DNA of 55,019 nucleotides, filler included, from Sphacelaria rigidula (lineage: Eukaryota), in NCBI GenBank assembly GCA_964200075.2. It is 5 parts of 5 records of this genome, joined end to end, with 100 filler letters (N's around TTAATTAATTAA, not from the genome) between each part and the next. Parts side by side here need not be neighbours in the genome. Positions count along the whole stretch, not along the records: positions 11,025 to 21,948 come from CAXNAA020005666.1; positions 22,049 to 32,972 come from CAXNAA020005667.1; 3 more parts are not named here. One strand, written 5' to 3'. Both the position numbers and the translations under genes were made by a program. A model generated the notes under the pieces. It had not been told where the DNA came from. It saw nothing but the letters and a program-made list of their open reading frames with translations, and did not search any database. Of this stretch, positions 14,431 through 26,500 are shown piece by piece. Numbering within the stretch: position 1 is the stretch's first letter; each line of letters starts with the position of its first letter.

Positions 14431-14445
14431 TCATCACACTTGCAT

Positions 14446-17400
14446 CTACTTCCACGTGACGAGAGACTGCCATGTGCACAGTACGGCCGAAAAGACTCCT
14501 ACGCACAGAACTAACCATGTCCAAGCCCGGCGTAGGGGTGGCATAGAGCTCGCCGTAACACGGAGCCTAAAAGCTGCCGGGTAAATAAGAGCCAACGGCA
14601 CTGCGCAGACGCCTCCTATGAGTCCGGCAAAGTTGTCGAAGCTGCCGTGCGATAGGATACAAGCACGATTTGCGTGGGCCAGTCGGAGATTCTGTTCTTC
14701 ATCTGACGCTCTTGGGTGTTGTTCAGGCGTGCGTGTGTATGTGTGTGTCAAGGTGATGTCAAGGTTAATGCCATGGTTGATGTTGTACAAGCGAGATGAC
14801 AAGCGCAGGCACGAACCGTACGAGGCGGTTGCATCATGGACTGGTGCATGGAAAATGGAAACACATGGCAGCTAACGTTTCAGCCCTTCCCATAACCTAC
14901 AGCCGGGACGATATGGGGAAATATTCCCCACCATGCCAACTAGGCTCAGAGGCGACAGACACCAAAAAGCAGGAGCAGAAATCAGCAAATATTGGTCAAG
15001 AGTGAAAGTACACGCGCCTTCATTCCACATCAGAGGAGTATCCTATTGCAGTGGAAGCCGCGTCTTTGCTGACTGCATTTTCTTTCGTACATGATTCGAA
15101 TTTTGAACGTGCGACTTTCACTGAGAAACCCGCGGAAGTTTGTTAGAACAAAACTGACCAACAGGTACTGATAGGGGCAACGGCGAACTGATTCGCAAGG
15201 ACTTCTCCACCACGATGAAGGCGCAACATTCCGCAAATGACAGCGCAACGCTCTACATGCTAGGGTCCTTGCCTGGGTCCTGCGTAATGTGCCACAACAG
15301 CCGTGAGCAAGACCATTGCCGCTCTCAAACCGTTCTTCGACCACTTCCGTAGTTCGCTCTTCGGCCCCGCCACTCCGAACACATGCCTAAAGTGACGGTA
15401 AAACAGGAGGCATCGATCAACTCTGCAATGGTTGATCCGGTCGGTTTATCGATAGGTTCGAATGTTTTGCATCAAATTATCTGGCACAAATTTTCGTACC
15501 GTGACCGCAACACCATTGCGACACAAAAATGAGCAATCGATATCTCCTTCCTGCTCACGACTCATGCGACGAAACTACACCGTAAGAAAAAAAACGACCG
15601 AGAAAATATTTTCGGATTATACCCACACATGTCCGGTTAACACATAATGCTTGTTGGCCAGTTTTTTCCTCTCGGTGTAGCACCTTTTCCCGCGAAAAAA
15701 AAAAAACGCTCAAATATCTGGAGGGCTGATCAAATGCTTCAAGGGGAACTCAACACATGGTGGTCAACGTCAAAACGGGGACGATAAATGTTTTACTAGC
15801 ATGTAGTACCTGGCACACTGTCCGAGCGCAACGCAGGAGTGAAAACTCACCGCTCTATGCAGCTGACAGCAGGAAACAGCTGCAGGGGGTAGGTGAGCAT
15901 GATAGCCACGCTGTATAGAGCAACAGAGACAGAGCCGACGGGATCCCCTTCCGGCAAGTTCATCGTCACGAATGTCTACAGAAGGGTGAGGGTTGAAATA
16001 GAAGCACAGAAACGGGGGTGCAGTCACACGATCGTAAAACGGTGAACCAACCGAACGGGACTTTCAACAGCTGGCTCATTTTCTCACTATCGCAACTTTC
16101 ATCACACTCATGCCCTCACTTTGCCATCACTTTCAGTGAGCGCGCTGCGCCGACGAGTCAATCTCAAGAGCGTGGGGTGATAAAAATAATAAAGCGGCAT
16201 CGCTTATTGCGCAAAGCTTACCTGTAGCACATATTAATAGCTGCAAAGACTAAAATAATGCGCATCGCCGTCGGTGACACTTTGTGCTTTTCTTCTTGTG
16301 AGGTTCGCGGCATGAAGATAAAACGTTTTCGCAAAGTGGGTGGGTTCAAGAGCAACAAATGGGCAGTAACTGCTACCAGGGCACTGCAAAAAGGTCAACC
16401 TACTCTGTATCTCATTTCGACAGAGCATCTCAATAAACCCGATTCCGCTTATGTGAGATGGACATTGCAGAAAGGCGACAAGTGGTTGCAGCTATTACAT
16501 AAACACGTCTACTCTAGTGAGCTTGTTCTAGCGTGGTTTCGTTGCGCCGTTTTCCTGATTTCACCTCGATGTCGTCGCCGTAGGTTGTGTACCCCAGCCA
16601 AGCGAACATGACGAACGTAACGGCTAGGAACAGCATAGCCCCTTGCACTACCCCAGGTAGTTTTGCCTGTGGCATGGTGAGAGCCGGTGGCACCAAAGGG
16701 CCACCAAGAGCACACGAAAAATGAAGCAAACACGCGCATAGCACAATAAAAAAAAAGCTAGGTAGCAATCATGGGATCGTACTCTGCGCTTGGGAGTGGA
16801 ACGCGGGAGGGGTTGCGGGTACGTGGTGTTAACATCTCGCCATGAATCACTACATTTTTTCGCCAACCGTCTCCCGTGAAATGACAAATAAACACGCATG
16901 ACAGATCAGGCCACACAATTCATCTTCCAATCCCAAGATGAACGCTGAACCCTTCCAAACTCCGTGCACTTAATGATACGCCGGCATCAGCTGCAAGATG
17001 AACCCGTGCCCGACGGTGCAGTACTATTTTAGCAGGGAAAACGCATCTAAAGTATGCACACCCTTAACAAAATGTCCACAAAATGCTATCGACAAAAATA
17101 CGAGAACAAACAGCGAAGAAGCATCTGCAGAGGCTTTGACGTGCCTGCAGGAAGGGGTCGAGACTATCCCTCAGCGGAAGCACCAACCCGATTCCCTCGA
17201 AGCAGACCACCACGGCCCCCATACAGAGCACGTAGCTGTCCGGGTTATACATCATGACCGGTTCCGGACCGAATTCGACGAGCGTCCTGCTGTTGATGAA
17301 TATAATTAGCACCAGCCCGATCCAAAGGCTAACGTTCGCCACGAACATCGCCTACGCCAAACACGGAAACGATCGTTGGCCCAAAGCACAGCGGCGCAAC

Positions 17401-20230
17401 ATGGACAACACACAGGGATTTGCTGTTCAAGAATCTGTACGGGTTCCGACTGCGGGTCGCGTGGCGCACACGGGGGTCGACAAAGCACGATAACCCAAAG
17501 GTACGCAATGAGCCACATGCAAATATTCACACGCTTACCACAGTTCTATGATGGAGGTGCACAAGCACCGTTCTGAACATGATACGGCCATGTCCTTCGC
17601 CCGTTCAGCCAGAGGCCCAGCGACCCGTCCCATTCCGCCCACAGCATGCCCACAACCGTTATGCTTGCACGCGTACTTGAACAAAACTAGCTTATAAACC
17701 CGAGAGATGAACCAAATACGTAGTTCTGTGGAAAATGACGGAATCTTGTTCGCGAAGGAGATAGTTTGGTTGATAAAACGAATCGTCGGTAAATCCCCCG
17801 CAGAAGATGCCCGTCGGAACGGGCATGACGCAGCTTTTTTCGATGGGTCGATTTGCTTCCCCAACCACATTCTTTCATTTGGTGTCATGAAAAAAATACA
17901 ATGTGTGCTGCCGTCTATACGGACATGGTACTGTAGTGTACCGCCTACACATCTCGCGATGCGCAGCACACGGTCGCTGCGCGTCCAACTTTGCATCGCA
18001 GGAGTCCCCAACAAGTCTAGCGTGGGTTCCACGATCTGACACTTCGGAGGTCAAGTCGATGTTCCATGGCTTGTGCGCCGGGTGTTACCCGTCTTTTTGG
18101 GAGCCATATTCAACCCAATCCGGCGGGGGGAAAAAGCGATGGTTGACACATACTTTGTTTCATTGTCAAATCACAACGCTAAAACACTAACCCTGAGCCC
18201 AACCCAAGGCAGACCGAGAACCATCGGGTCAGGCGGGTGCATAGTGTTCCCAAGGCAAAAAGGTAAAGAGCGCTTTGTCTGGGGTCAGGTCGACACCCGA
18301 GGCCTACGGAAACGATTCGAGCCTGAACACGTTCTGCATAGGCTGAACGGGCGAGTGGGACTGAGCTATATGAGGACTCGAATATGGTGGTCTACATGAA
18401 AGCCAAGTGATCATCCGACACCCGCTTTTTGTTTCGAACTGGGGTGAACTGTTACCATCTTTCGGGGTCTATATTTTTTCCTGGCTACAGACCGCACAGC
18501 CGGTACAGCGTGCCTTGCGTGGTGATGCGTATCACTCCGCTGCTGCTCTAGAAACAAGCTGCCTCTCAGACAAAACCTTCTCTGTCAGCACTTAACAGCA
18601 TGTGCTACAAATCAAACGACAGGTGGGAGACTCATGTGTCAGGAGACTGGGTGTGGTTGTGCTTGCCTCGGGCGAGTGAATAAGCACCGACACTTTTAAC
18701 ACACCACCTTCCACAGTCCTCGAAGACAATATTCGTTAAAGGGGCCATACGACCAGCTGCCAAACTAAAGTCACAGGTATCTTGTGTCACCAGGCATACC
18801 TGAAACGTTTCCATGGTCCATAGTTTTACGTTGACCAAGCTATGCTGCCTCTACTTCCGTTGCAGCAAGCAGCAAAAGACCGATCGAACCCCTCGCTCGC
18901 TGCCTACAGGCTGGCAGAAATCATATTGTGAAACATAACTATATGTCGTCGCAACCAAAATAAATTGTCTACGATGACTCAATCTTCGGGGGGGGTTGTC
19001 AGGGTCACAGCATGTTTCCCCCCCCCCGGCCTCGGTGCTCCGTCTCGAAAGGGATGCGTGGTCAATGGTCATACGACTAAGGCAAGCAACAAATGAGTAC
19101 GCCCCCCCCACCCCACCCCACCCCGGCCTCTACGCTGACAAAAGTGGCGCAGAGCAACGAAAGTGCGTTTCCAAAATTGTCATATATGAACGGCATCACT
19201 CTTTCCTTCTTCATCATGGAGTTTGTTTCTGGATAGTCTCAGAAGGAAAGAAACGCGTAGGTCAATGAAACGTGCACGCAGGGTACTGTAGTGAAGTGTC
19301 CCGAGTCTCACCAGCGCAAGGTACTTGAGCCGCCGTATCCATGCCATCGGGATGTACACGATCGCCTTCAATAACAGTGAGCAGAAATGGAGCGGACGGG
19401 TGCAGAGCTAATTACCGAGCAGAAACACGCATAGTTGACTGATTGATCGCGGCTGATAATTGACTATTTGTCTGACATCGACTACCTGAAACGAAACACT
19501 ATGAGTCCAGTCGTGATGAACGTACCGGACTTAACACGCACGAGAGCACTCGTTGAGAGCAAAACTCGTGAACAAGCAGGACAAAACAAATAAGTCAAAA
19601 GCAAAACGAGAGTTGTCATGTGAGAACATATGCACGCACAGCAGCGGTAGATACGCACAGCCGAAGGTAAAAGCTCGACAAGTTGACACACATGCTGGCA
19701 AGGACATTTCTCTCCCCGGCGAAGGGGTCACACGAAAAAAACACAACACAAGCGCTCTGAAAGTTGTGCAGCATTTACACGCAGGGGAAAAAATCCACGA
19801 CGAAAGTTATCGGGAATACACACACAGCCTACAAGGAGGAGGAAGGTATGAGCAATCAAATGCTGAACAAATCATAAAACACACAAACATACACACACAG
19901 GAATACGATCATGTAGGGGTGTAGGTTGAGACCTCCGCTCGAACTACAACACGATACAAAAAGCGCGCATTTTGTCAAGACCTTGGAGGTTTGACAAAAA
20001 ACATGTGAAATCGAATGAGAACAGTAGCATGCGCCACACACCTGGAGGCAGATGAGGACACTAGGGCTGAGCAGAAGGGCGGAGAGAGACCCCGCGCTGG
20101 GCGGGGGCAAGGCGCTGGGAACGTTCTTGACGATGAAGATGAAGTACGTGCAGCAGAACGAAAGTTGAGAGAGCACCAGAGAAACGTCCACCATCATCAA
20201 CCCCGCTTTTCCGAACACATACCACCCGAT
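14446..20230 (-). CDS. Amino acid/auxin permease (AAAP, Aa_trans; SLC36/Avt3-like) transporter; 5' exons not found
   Basis: Seven phase-compatible exons: 20230-20042, 19365-19312, 17351-17145, 16666-16565, 15975-15851, 15386-15273, 14641-14446 (stop). Motifs: IGWYVFGKAG..VDVSLVLSQLSFCCTYFIFI, PMAWIRRLKYL, CFEGIGLVLPL, LGYTTYGDDIETFVTMNLP, LTYPLQLFPA, KWSKNGLR, FDNFAGLIGGVCAVPLALIYPA. Two donors are GC. Confidence 0.93.
19033..19109 (-). repeat. About 85-bp dispersed repeat, copy 2 (in a transporter intron)
   Basis: Near-identical reverse complement of copy 1, flanked by a 10-bp direct repeat CCCCGGCCTC (19024-19033, 19121-19130). Confidence 0.9.
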
Positions 20231-21948
20231 CTGATTTGGAGGATGTTTTGCGGGAGAGACAAGCAGAACAGAATGAAACAAAACAAGGCCGAACGTCAGA
20301 CCGGAGTGATCCACGGTTGTCGCAGGTGAAGGTTAGTCGTACGTGTGTGGATGCCCAGCGCTGTCCTTAAGTGGAACATCCAACTCATCGCCAACGATAA
20401 CAGCGGTAAACGGACCATAACGCCAACCCTTCCCCCAACGAGTTGTGCATGCAACGCAGTGCACGAGACAACCTCGCTGCTGCTACGGCAAGCAAAATCG
20501 ATACAAATCAAGCCCACCCATTTTCCATGGTCACCCGCTGCAGTGGAGCACGACCAATACCTTGTTTTATCCATATTTTCATTCAACCCTTCATCAAGCG
20601 TGGTCGACCAGCAACAGAAAAGGCTGTTCGATGGTGGTCGTGAGCGGACATTTGACGAAGGTCTTGGGTTGGAGTTTGTGGTTCGAGGCGCCGAGTTGGG
20701 GAGAACCGCCCTCATTGTGCTCGGCGTTACACTCAGTATTTACAAATGTGCAGATCGCAGTACAGCATACCCCTGCAGTTTCCCAATGGCTGTAGTAGGG
20801 GTACACTGTTCCGCCACCTGACAACAGAACATTTTGAAAACAATGAGACACTACCTTGCGCCACTACATCTATCTCCCGGCGTGATGTTCGTGCAGCAAC
20901 GACATGTGTCGGGATCACATCCTCCGAAGCAGGTGTTCGCTCTCTTTCCTTTTATTTCGGCACGCCCTCCTCACCACCCTACCAAAATCCATGCGGGAAG
21001 GGCCTGAGGATTTCGATCTTCCTCGGGGACCGGCACGGCTAGTCGCAATACCATTGCACTACATCTTAGCTTCCGTTTTCTTCGTTGTTCTCTCCTCTGT
21101 ATGTTCATCTCTCCCTCCCATCCATGTTTCCTCTGTTCGCGTTTCCTTCGCGGGTGGTTTCGTTTACAAGTACATATCTTGGGTACAGTACGTCCATCTG
21201 TTGACCACCGTCGTGTCTGTAGCAGGCTAGTCAGTGCGCAACAGTGAACCGACCAACCGATCGAACGAACACTCAACACACGATGTGCGTGGTCGTGCTA
21301 CTTATCGTTTTCGTTATGTGCTAGCAATACAGGTCTAGATAGCTTCGGTGGGCAGGCAGCGAGAACGCGCTCCTCGTTGGTGGGCACAATGTCCATCAAC
21401 GGTTCCGTCGCTTGTTGATTGCCTTGCGGTACGGAACACGGCCGGCGGCGAAAAACGAGTTCTTGCGTGTGCCTAGGGTGGTTACCAGTAAGCTCTTCAA
21501 AGTAGATGGCCTTCACGTTGCCTACTGGGTACGCTGCCACCGTCGGTTGATCGTAATAGAAGGGTGTACTACGTGGAGTCATTCTCGTGTCAGTCGGTCT
21601 TCCAGTGCTTGCTCAGCCCGTTCCCTGGCTGCTGATCATTTGATCGCCAGGGTGGGACATCTGGGTCGTACAGGCACTCTTGAGTGAAAGCGACGCTGAT
21701 GCGACAGAGAACCCACGCTGGCGATTAAACGGAAATACAGTGAGAGTCCCTCTATAGTGCGGGTATGGGGCTGGCCCAAATACCCGCACTATAGCGGGCA
21801 CCCGCACTACAGTACATAGATTCGGGAGCGAATAGTGCGGGAACTCGCCCTATTGAGCAGTGTTATTCCTTTTCAATATTATAGAGGCGGTATTTTTGGA
21901 GATTAGGCGCCCCAACACAGTACACCAGGCGTCTGATGATACTGAAAC

Positions 21949-22048
21949 NNNNNNNNNNNNNNNNNNNNNNNNNNNNNNNNNNNNNNNNNNNNTTAATTAA
22001 TTAANNNNNNNNNNNNNNNNNNNNNNNNNNNNNNNNNNNNNNNNNNNN
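21949..22048. other. Artificial contig linker
   Basis: Same N44-TTAATTAATTAA-N44 structure. Confidence 0.98.
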
Positions 22049-22337
22049 GGTGGCTTTGGCGTCCGGCAGGGGGGGGCGCGTGGGGGGGGGGGGCGCGCCG
22101 GTGGGGGGGTTGCTCATGCATCGAGGTTCGCATGATTACAACAGCTTCTGCTCGGTGCCCACACAGTTGTGCTTTTATTATGAGCATATCTCATCGACTA
22201 AACACCAGTAACACCCTTCAGTCGACGTCTTTGAGTGCTTGTGTTGCGGTCTTGGACGCACAAAACACTTGGAGCGTGGGGAGCACCTTACGGAGATCCC
22301 GAAAAAGCTTATGGCTCCATACGGACGGGGGGGGAAG

Positions 22338-22625
22338 ATGGTACTCACGCAGGTGGCCGCTGGTACACGTTATCCGCATTTTGGAGCGTACCTAGGTTAT
22401 GGTGCGTTATGGATGAGTTGAAAGGACGAGCATCCAGTTTGAATCGGGTCGTGATCCCGCGCGTTGTGACATCGTGTGCCCGTCGTGAACCCGCCGATCC
22501 CCTAGGACATCCATTCTCAAACCGGTTCATGCCGTACTCATGCTGTTTCAACCCACTGATAACGTTGGGATGCTCCAAAATGCGGATAAAGTGTACCAGC
22601 GGCCACCTGTGCGTAATCGTACCAT
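22338..22625. mobile_element. MITE with about 60-bp terminal inverted repeats
   Basis: CAGGTGGCCGCTGGTACACGTTATCCGCATTTTGGAGC (about 22350-22387) is inverted at about 22572-22609. Confidence 0.75.
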
Positions 22626-22707
22626 GCGATGACGCCTACCTTTCCGATGTCCACATTTTCGATTTGATATTCACAAGTGCACAATAAAGACAACACGATG
22701 CATGAAA

Positions 22708-22966
22708 GACACTTTCTACGATAGCCCCCCCCCCCCAGAAGAAGTGCCTGGTTTGGGGAGGCAAAATGTCCACGTAAATCGAAGTGGAAAAAGCCGAGCA
22801 CAACGAGCAGCTGGGAATGCCCACGCTCGGGTTCGTTCTCGCCAATGTTGCCCATATGGGGCGCTTCATGCAGCCTGAACCCAAACATAAGGCGCTGTAT
22901 GTCCAGTTCTTTCGTGACACTTTTGAGCTGTTTTTTTTGGGGGGGGGGGCTATCGCAGAAAGTGTC
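22708..22966. mobile_element. MITE with poly-C/poly-G-containing TIRs
   Basis: GACACTTTCTACGATAGCCCCCCCCC versus GGGGGGGGGCTATCGCAGAAAGTGTC. Confidence 0.65.
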
Positions 22967-23014
22967 GGAAACCCTTTTCACGATCACCAGGCATTATCGT
23001 ATAATAGTACATAC

Positions 23015-23315
23015 CTTGGACACGTGGAAATTCAGCTTGAAGAGCACTGCGCGGAGATCCTTGAGGGTGAACGTCCCTCTCCCCGACGTATCTATCTCGT
23101 CAAACAAGTGCGCCAAACCGCTCTTTCCGACCCCCAGCTCATCCAAGCGTTTCAGAAGACGTTCCCTGAACTGCACTACAAGTTTCTCCTTGTCTAACTG
23201 CTCGTCCAACACCTGGTATGGCGGCAATGATCCGAGATTGTCAGTGGTTCGGAGATGGTAAGGGATGATAGCGAATCTTCACTGGCATGTTCCTGCGAGT
23301 GTGTTGTGCACGTGG

Positions 23316-23349
<34 letters not shown>

Positions 23350-23479
23350 TCATGTACTCCGTGAATTGTGTCTGGGTCCGATTTCATTTTATGATTTTCT
23401 TTTACCCCAGCTTGGGGTCGTTAGCCTGTGACCACGGAGGGCGTCCGAATCAGATATCGGAACGGTTTTTAATGTGAAG

Positions 23480-23522
<43 letters not shown>

Positions 23523-26500
23523 ATACTCCGCGACTTGCATCGAACTGCCCTTAGGAGGTTGGTACCGGGAAGATACGGCCGCCGGTGGTCACGGAGAGAA
23601 GGGGTGCTAGCTTTCATTCACGCGGTACAAGGACGCTGTTTGGGGAATACTCGGTGAAGGCGTTAGGAAGCTCAGTATTTTGACTGCAGGATGTTTACCG
23701 CAACTACAAGTTGTTCCCATGAATTGCAAGATGTACACGCGGGCATTCCTCGTGTAGGGAAGGAAATCATATATACTACCTTCGCGCGTGTGTTCTGCCG
23801 GAGTACGCACGAGCACGCATGGAGGGAAAGGAGGTGCTACTGTACACGCAAGCGTCTTGGAAACCAAATTTCGGTTTTCTTTTGCTTACAACAAGTTGAG
23901 GAACACTACATAAATGACCCTCGTGAGCAGAAGGAGAAAGAAAAACGAACAGCCGGCCATTTGCTTCGTAGGAAGGTGCATGTGAGTGAATTATTTTATC
24001 TATTGATGTGCTCTCTTTCCTTCTTCCATTTTTTGTTATTATTTCCTTTTTCTTCTTTATTTTCATTGTTATCATTTTCATCGGGATCGGTCATCCGGGT
24101 TCGTAGTATTCTCTTTTATTCCTCTTCTTTTTTTGTCGGTTCCCTTTGTTCCCCGTTTGTGTTCGCTTTATCATGCTTCCATCTTTTCTTCGCTTTCTCT
24201 TTCTCCCTCTCTCGAGGTTCCTTTAGCGAGTGCTCCTGCTTTCTTCACCTTTGGTACGTACGTCTATCTCGTGGATAATGACCACGACTGGATCCTTCGG
24301 GTATTAGCTGAAGTAGTGCGGCAATCAATGAATCCATGAATCAGTCAATGAATCAATGAGCCAATGGATCAGTGAATCAATGAACAATGAATCAATGGTG
24401 TGATGCTTCGGTAGGGGAGCACGAATATTTTCTGGCGTTAGATTTGGTAGGAGCCCTCGATCTCATCCAAAGCACTATTATACTTACGAAATATGTGAGA
24501 GTACGCCAGGATATCTATTCCAATATGCTAGGGATATCCCGAATAAATTCACAAACGGGGGTGCCCTGACCCATATTTTTGTGCATCTAGAATCGTTAGG
24601 AGCCCCTGAACCAGACAAGATTTTGCGCAGGAAGTGCACCCTTACCGTAGCATTGCTCAATGGATCAATGGATCAATGGATCAATGGATCAATGGATCAA
24701 TGGATCAATGGATCGAATAATCAATGAATCAATCAATTGATCAGCCAGCTGATATAACCGCAACCCGCCTTTCCGATTATCTCCGGGTCCATAGCAGTGA
24801 TGGCAAGAATCAAGGCCAGCGTCTTCACTGAGAGGGCGTTGAAGAGGAAGACGCCGGCCGCGGGCAGCAGCATCCCGCAGTGTCGGAGGAGCGGCGTCGA
24901 CTTCTTGTTCGCTACCGGCAGGAAGTTCACTGCCCACAGGGCCTACGACCGATCGCGGGGCAAGGGAGGGGCAGGAACCAATGTATATGTGGGGGGCGGC
25001 AGCGAGTCACGTGCCATGCGTACCACGTACGGCCACCCAAAAATGGATACCGTCACGCCCGGGCCATGCTTCGTTCCGGGAAGTCGTCCGAAAGATATAC
25101 TCTGCTGTATACGGCGGAAAACGCGTGTAGAGGTAATGCCAAATATCTCCACGACGTTTTTTTCTGTCGCTTACTCTAGGTGACACTCAAACACAACTGG
25201 AGCATAATGCTTCTCTTTGATGCTAACTCTAGTGGGAGATATTAAAAAATCTTATTAAAAACTGCCTTTTGCGCCTTTCTTCGTCGTTTCACCCTCGAAA
25301 AGAAGGCTAGGCGGACGTTAAGGCGTTGGAGTAACTTGCTCTCTACTTGTTGAGGTGGTTCCAGGGCAACTTCGCGTTTTCCACCGGGTGCACTTTTATT
25401 TTTGACAAAACATGCATTTTGCCATTAAAAAGGACAGGTGACTAAAAGACTGGCAGTTTCCCTCGATTTTGTCACCACTTGACCGCTTGCTATTGAATAT
25501 GCAAGTTTAGCCAACAACAAAACTGCGGCAAGCGGGAAACGCGAAGTTGCCCTGGAACGGTCTCGACGAGTGGAGCAGGTAACTCAAATGTGTCAACATC
25601 CGCCTAGCCCTCTCTTCGGGCGTAAAACGACGGAGAAGCGCCCAAAGGCAGTTTTCAACAGGATTTTTAAACGGCTCCCATTAGAGTTGGCCTAGCTTAG
25701 CTTATAGCGAGACGAATTCAAATTCTTATCGACAGCTACCCTCCAGAACAACAGTGCTGAAGAAGGCACATTTTGCTCGCAGGCAGGAAAGCAAGCAGGT
25801 CGACAGGCCGACAGACAGGCCGGCAGACAGACAGACAAGCTATTGTGCCGAAATAAGCGCTACCGCATGCGTCGTCGTGTACGCCTTACCAGATAGGTGC
25901 AGCTGAACAGGAGTAACACATCGAGCATCTTGTGGGTTAGCTGCGGGCTGCTGAACGGGTAGATGTCGGAGATGTCGTTGATGAGCTTCAGCTTGGGAGT
26001 GGGTGGGGAGACCACGGTGGAAACTTTTCGCCTCAACATTTCTTTCAACTCTCGGGCGTGTACGCTCACCTTGCGCGCCTGATATGATGAACATGTAAAA
26101 CGCAGGCGTTGGTTAACGAGAGTATGGGTGGTTGGAGTGGTGGGTAGACGGGTCGGTGCGTGGGTGGGAGTGGCGACCGTGTGGAGAAGGTAGGCCAAAC
26201 ATGACCCCGGGGTTGGATTGGCGGTACGGGAATACGCGATATACAAATATATTGAAAGGCGCGCGAAGCGGATGTCAACTGGCATGAGCAGGGGGCGGGC
26301 AGGCACGAAAGCTGCGCGGGGGCTCCGTCACGGTCACCTCTTACTGCCTGCTATCTTTCTCATACCCCCGAAGCTAGGTAGGAGTCCACGGGATGAAAGA
26401 GCAAACACGAGAAGAGACAGCGGAAAGAGAAACTGACGCAACGCCCGAATGTAAGACAAGCTTGTTAGGCCCATTATTATGGACACTGTTTTTTCGGAGA

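Noticed and set aside
22784..23261. Plus-strand 137-138 aa ORFs
   Set aside because: Antisense to the EF-hand exon and a MITE; no motif or splice support.
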